A DNA stretch of 64,000 nt from Klebsormidium nitens (Eukaryota > Plantae > Klebsormidiophyceae). The position numbers and the translations under genes are program-made. This document shows, one piece after another, positions 63,742 to 64,000 of the stretch (the first letter of the stretch is position 1; each line of letters begins with the position of its first letter). The notes below the pieces were generated by a model. The model had not been told where the DNA came from. It made no database searches and saw only the letters and a program-made list of their open reading frames with translations. Where the stretch lies: the NCBI GenBank assembly GCA_000708835.1, contig DF237000.1:190166-254165 (forward strand), written 5' to 3'.

Positions 63742-64000
63742 CTGCGCGAGGCACATAAAGAGCTCTGAATATCAGTTCCAGTGGTCTTTTGGAGTGATTC
63801 AAGCTGCTGCTGTTAAGGAAGACTGCCGCTGTAGCTCCAACTTGTTTGAGGCTGCTGTTAGTGAAGACCGTAGCTCGTGGCGTCTGGAACGGACTATCGA
63901 GAAGCGACATTGGCCTCGTCATACCATTTCGCGGACTGAACGGGACATATAGCCATCTGGAAAGCTGGAAAAGACGAGTCGCTGTTACACATGGAGCAAC

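Noticed and set aside
1-64000. rRNA, tRNA or other structured RNA genes; retrotransposon or viral ORFs
   Set aside because: No cloverleaf, rRNA signature, or RT/integrase/capsid motifs recognised by eye.

Overview
This window is eukaryotic and intron-rich, most consistent with a streptophyte green alga such as Klebsormidium. That is an inference from the GT-AG intron style, plant-type orthologues and a ciliate/animal-type C11orf65 homologue. The first ~35 kb looks like an old ~17-kb tandem duplication. Each half carries a multi-exon DUF1995 gene, resembling the C-terminal half of chloroplast adenylate kinase 5 but with no kinase domain found, followed by a decayed tandem array of 1.3-2.4 kb units with an F-box-like start motif. 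After a TA-flanked TIR element spanning an assembly gap come five genes: an MFI/C11orf65-like IQ protein (-), an uncharacterised gene (-), a plastid GNAT acetyltransferase (+), a secreted Cys-rich Root_cap/VWD-like protein (-) and the 3' end of CABIN1 (-). The most striking unexplained structure is repeated short (~120-235 bp) tandem duplication of splice-junction-spanning segments, seen in five of the seven genes. Decayed acceptor copies lie upstream of true exons, decayed donor copies lie downstream, and a six-copy array of a complete 65-nt exon cassette is a candidate mutually exclusive exon cluster. All exon models were derived by hand and are not supported by transcript data here.
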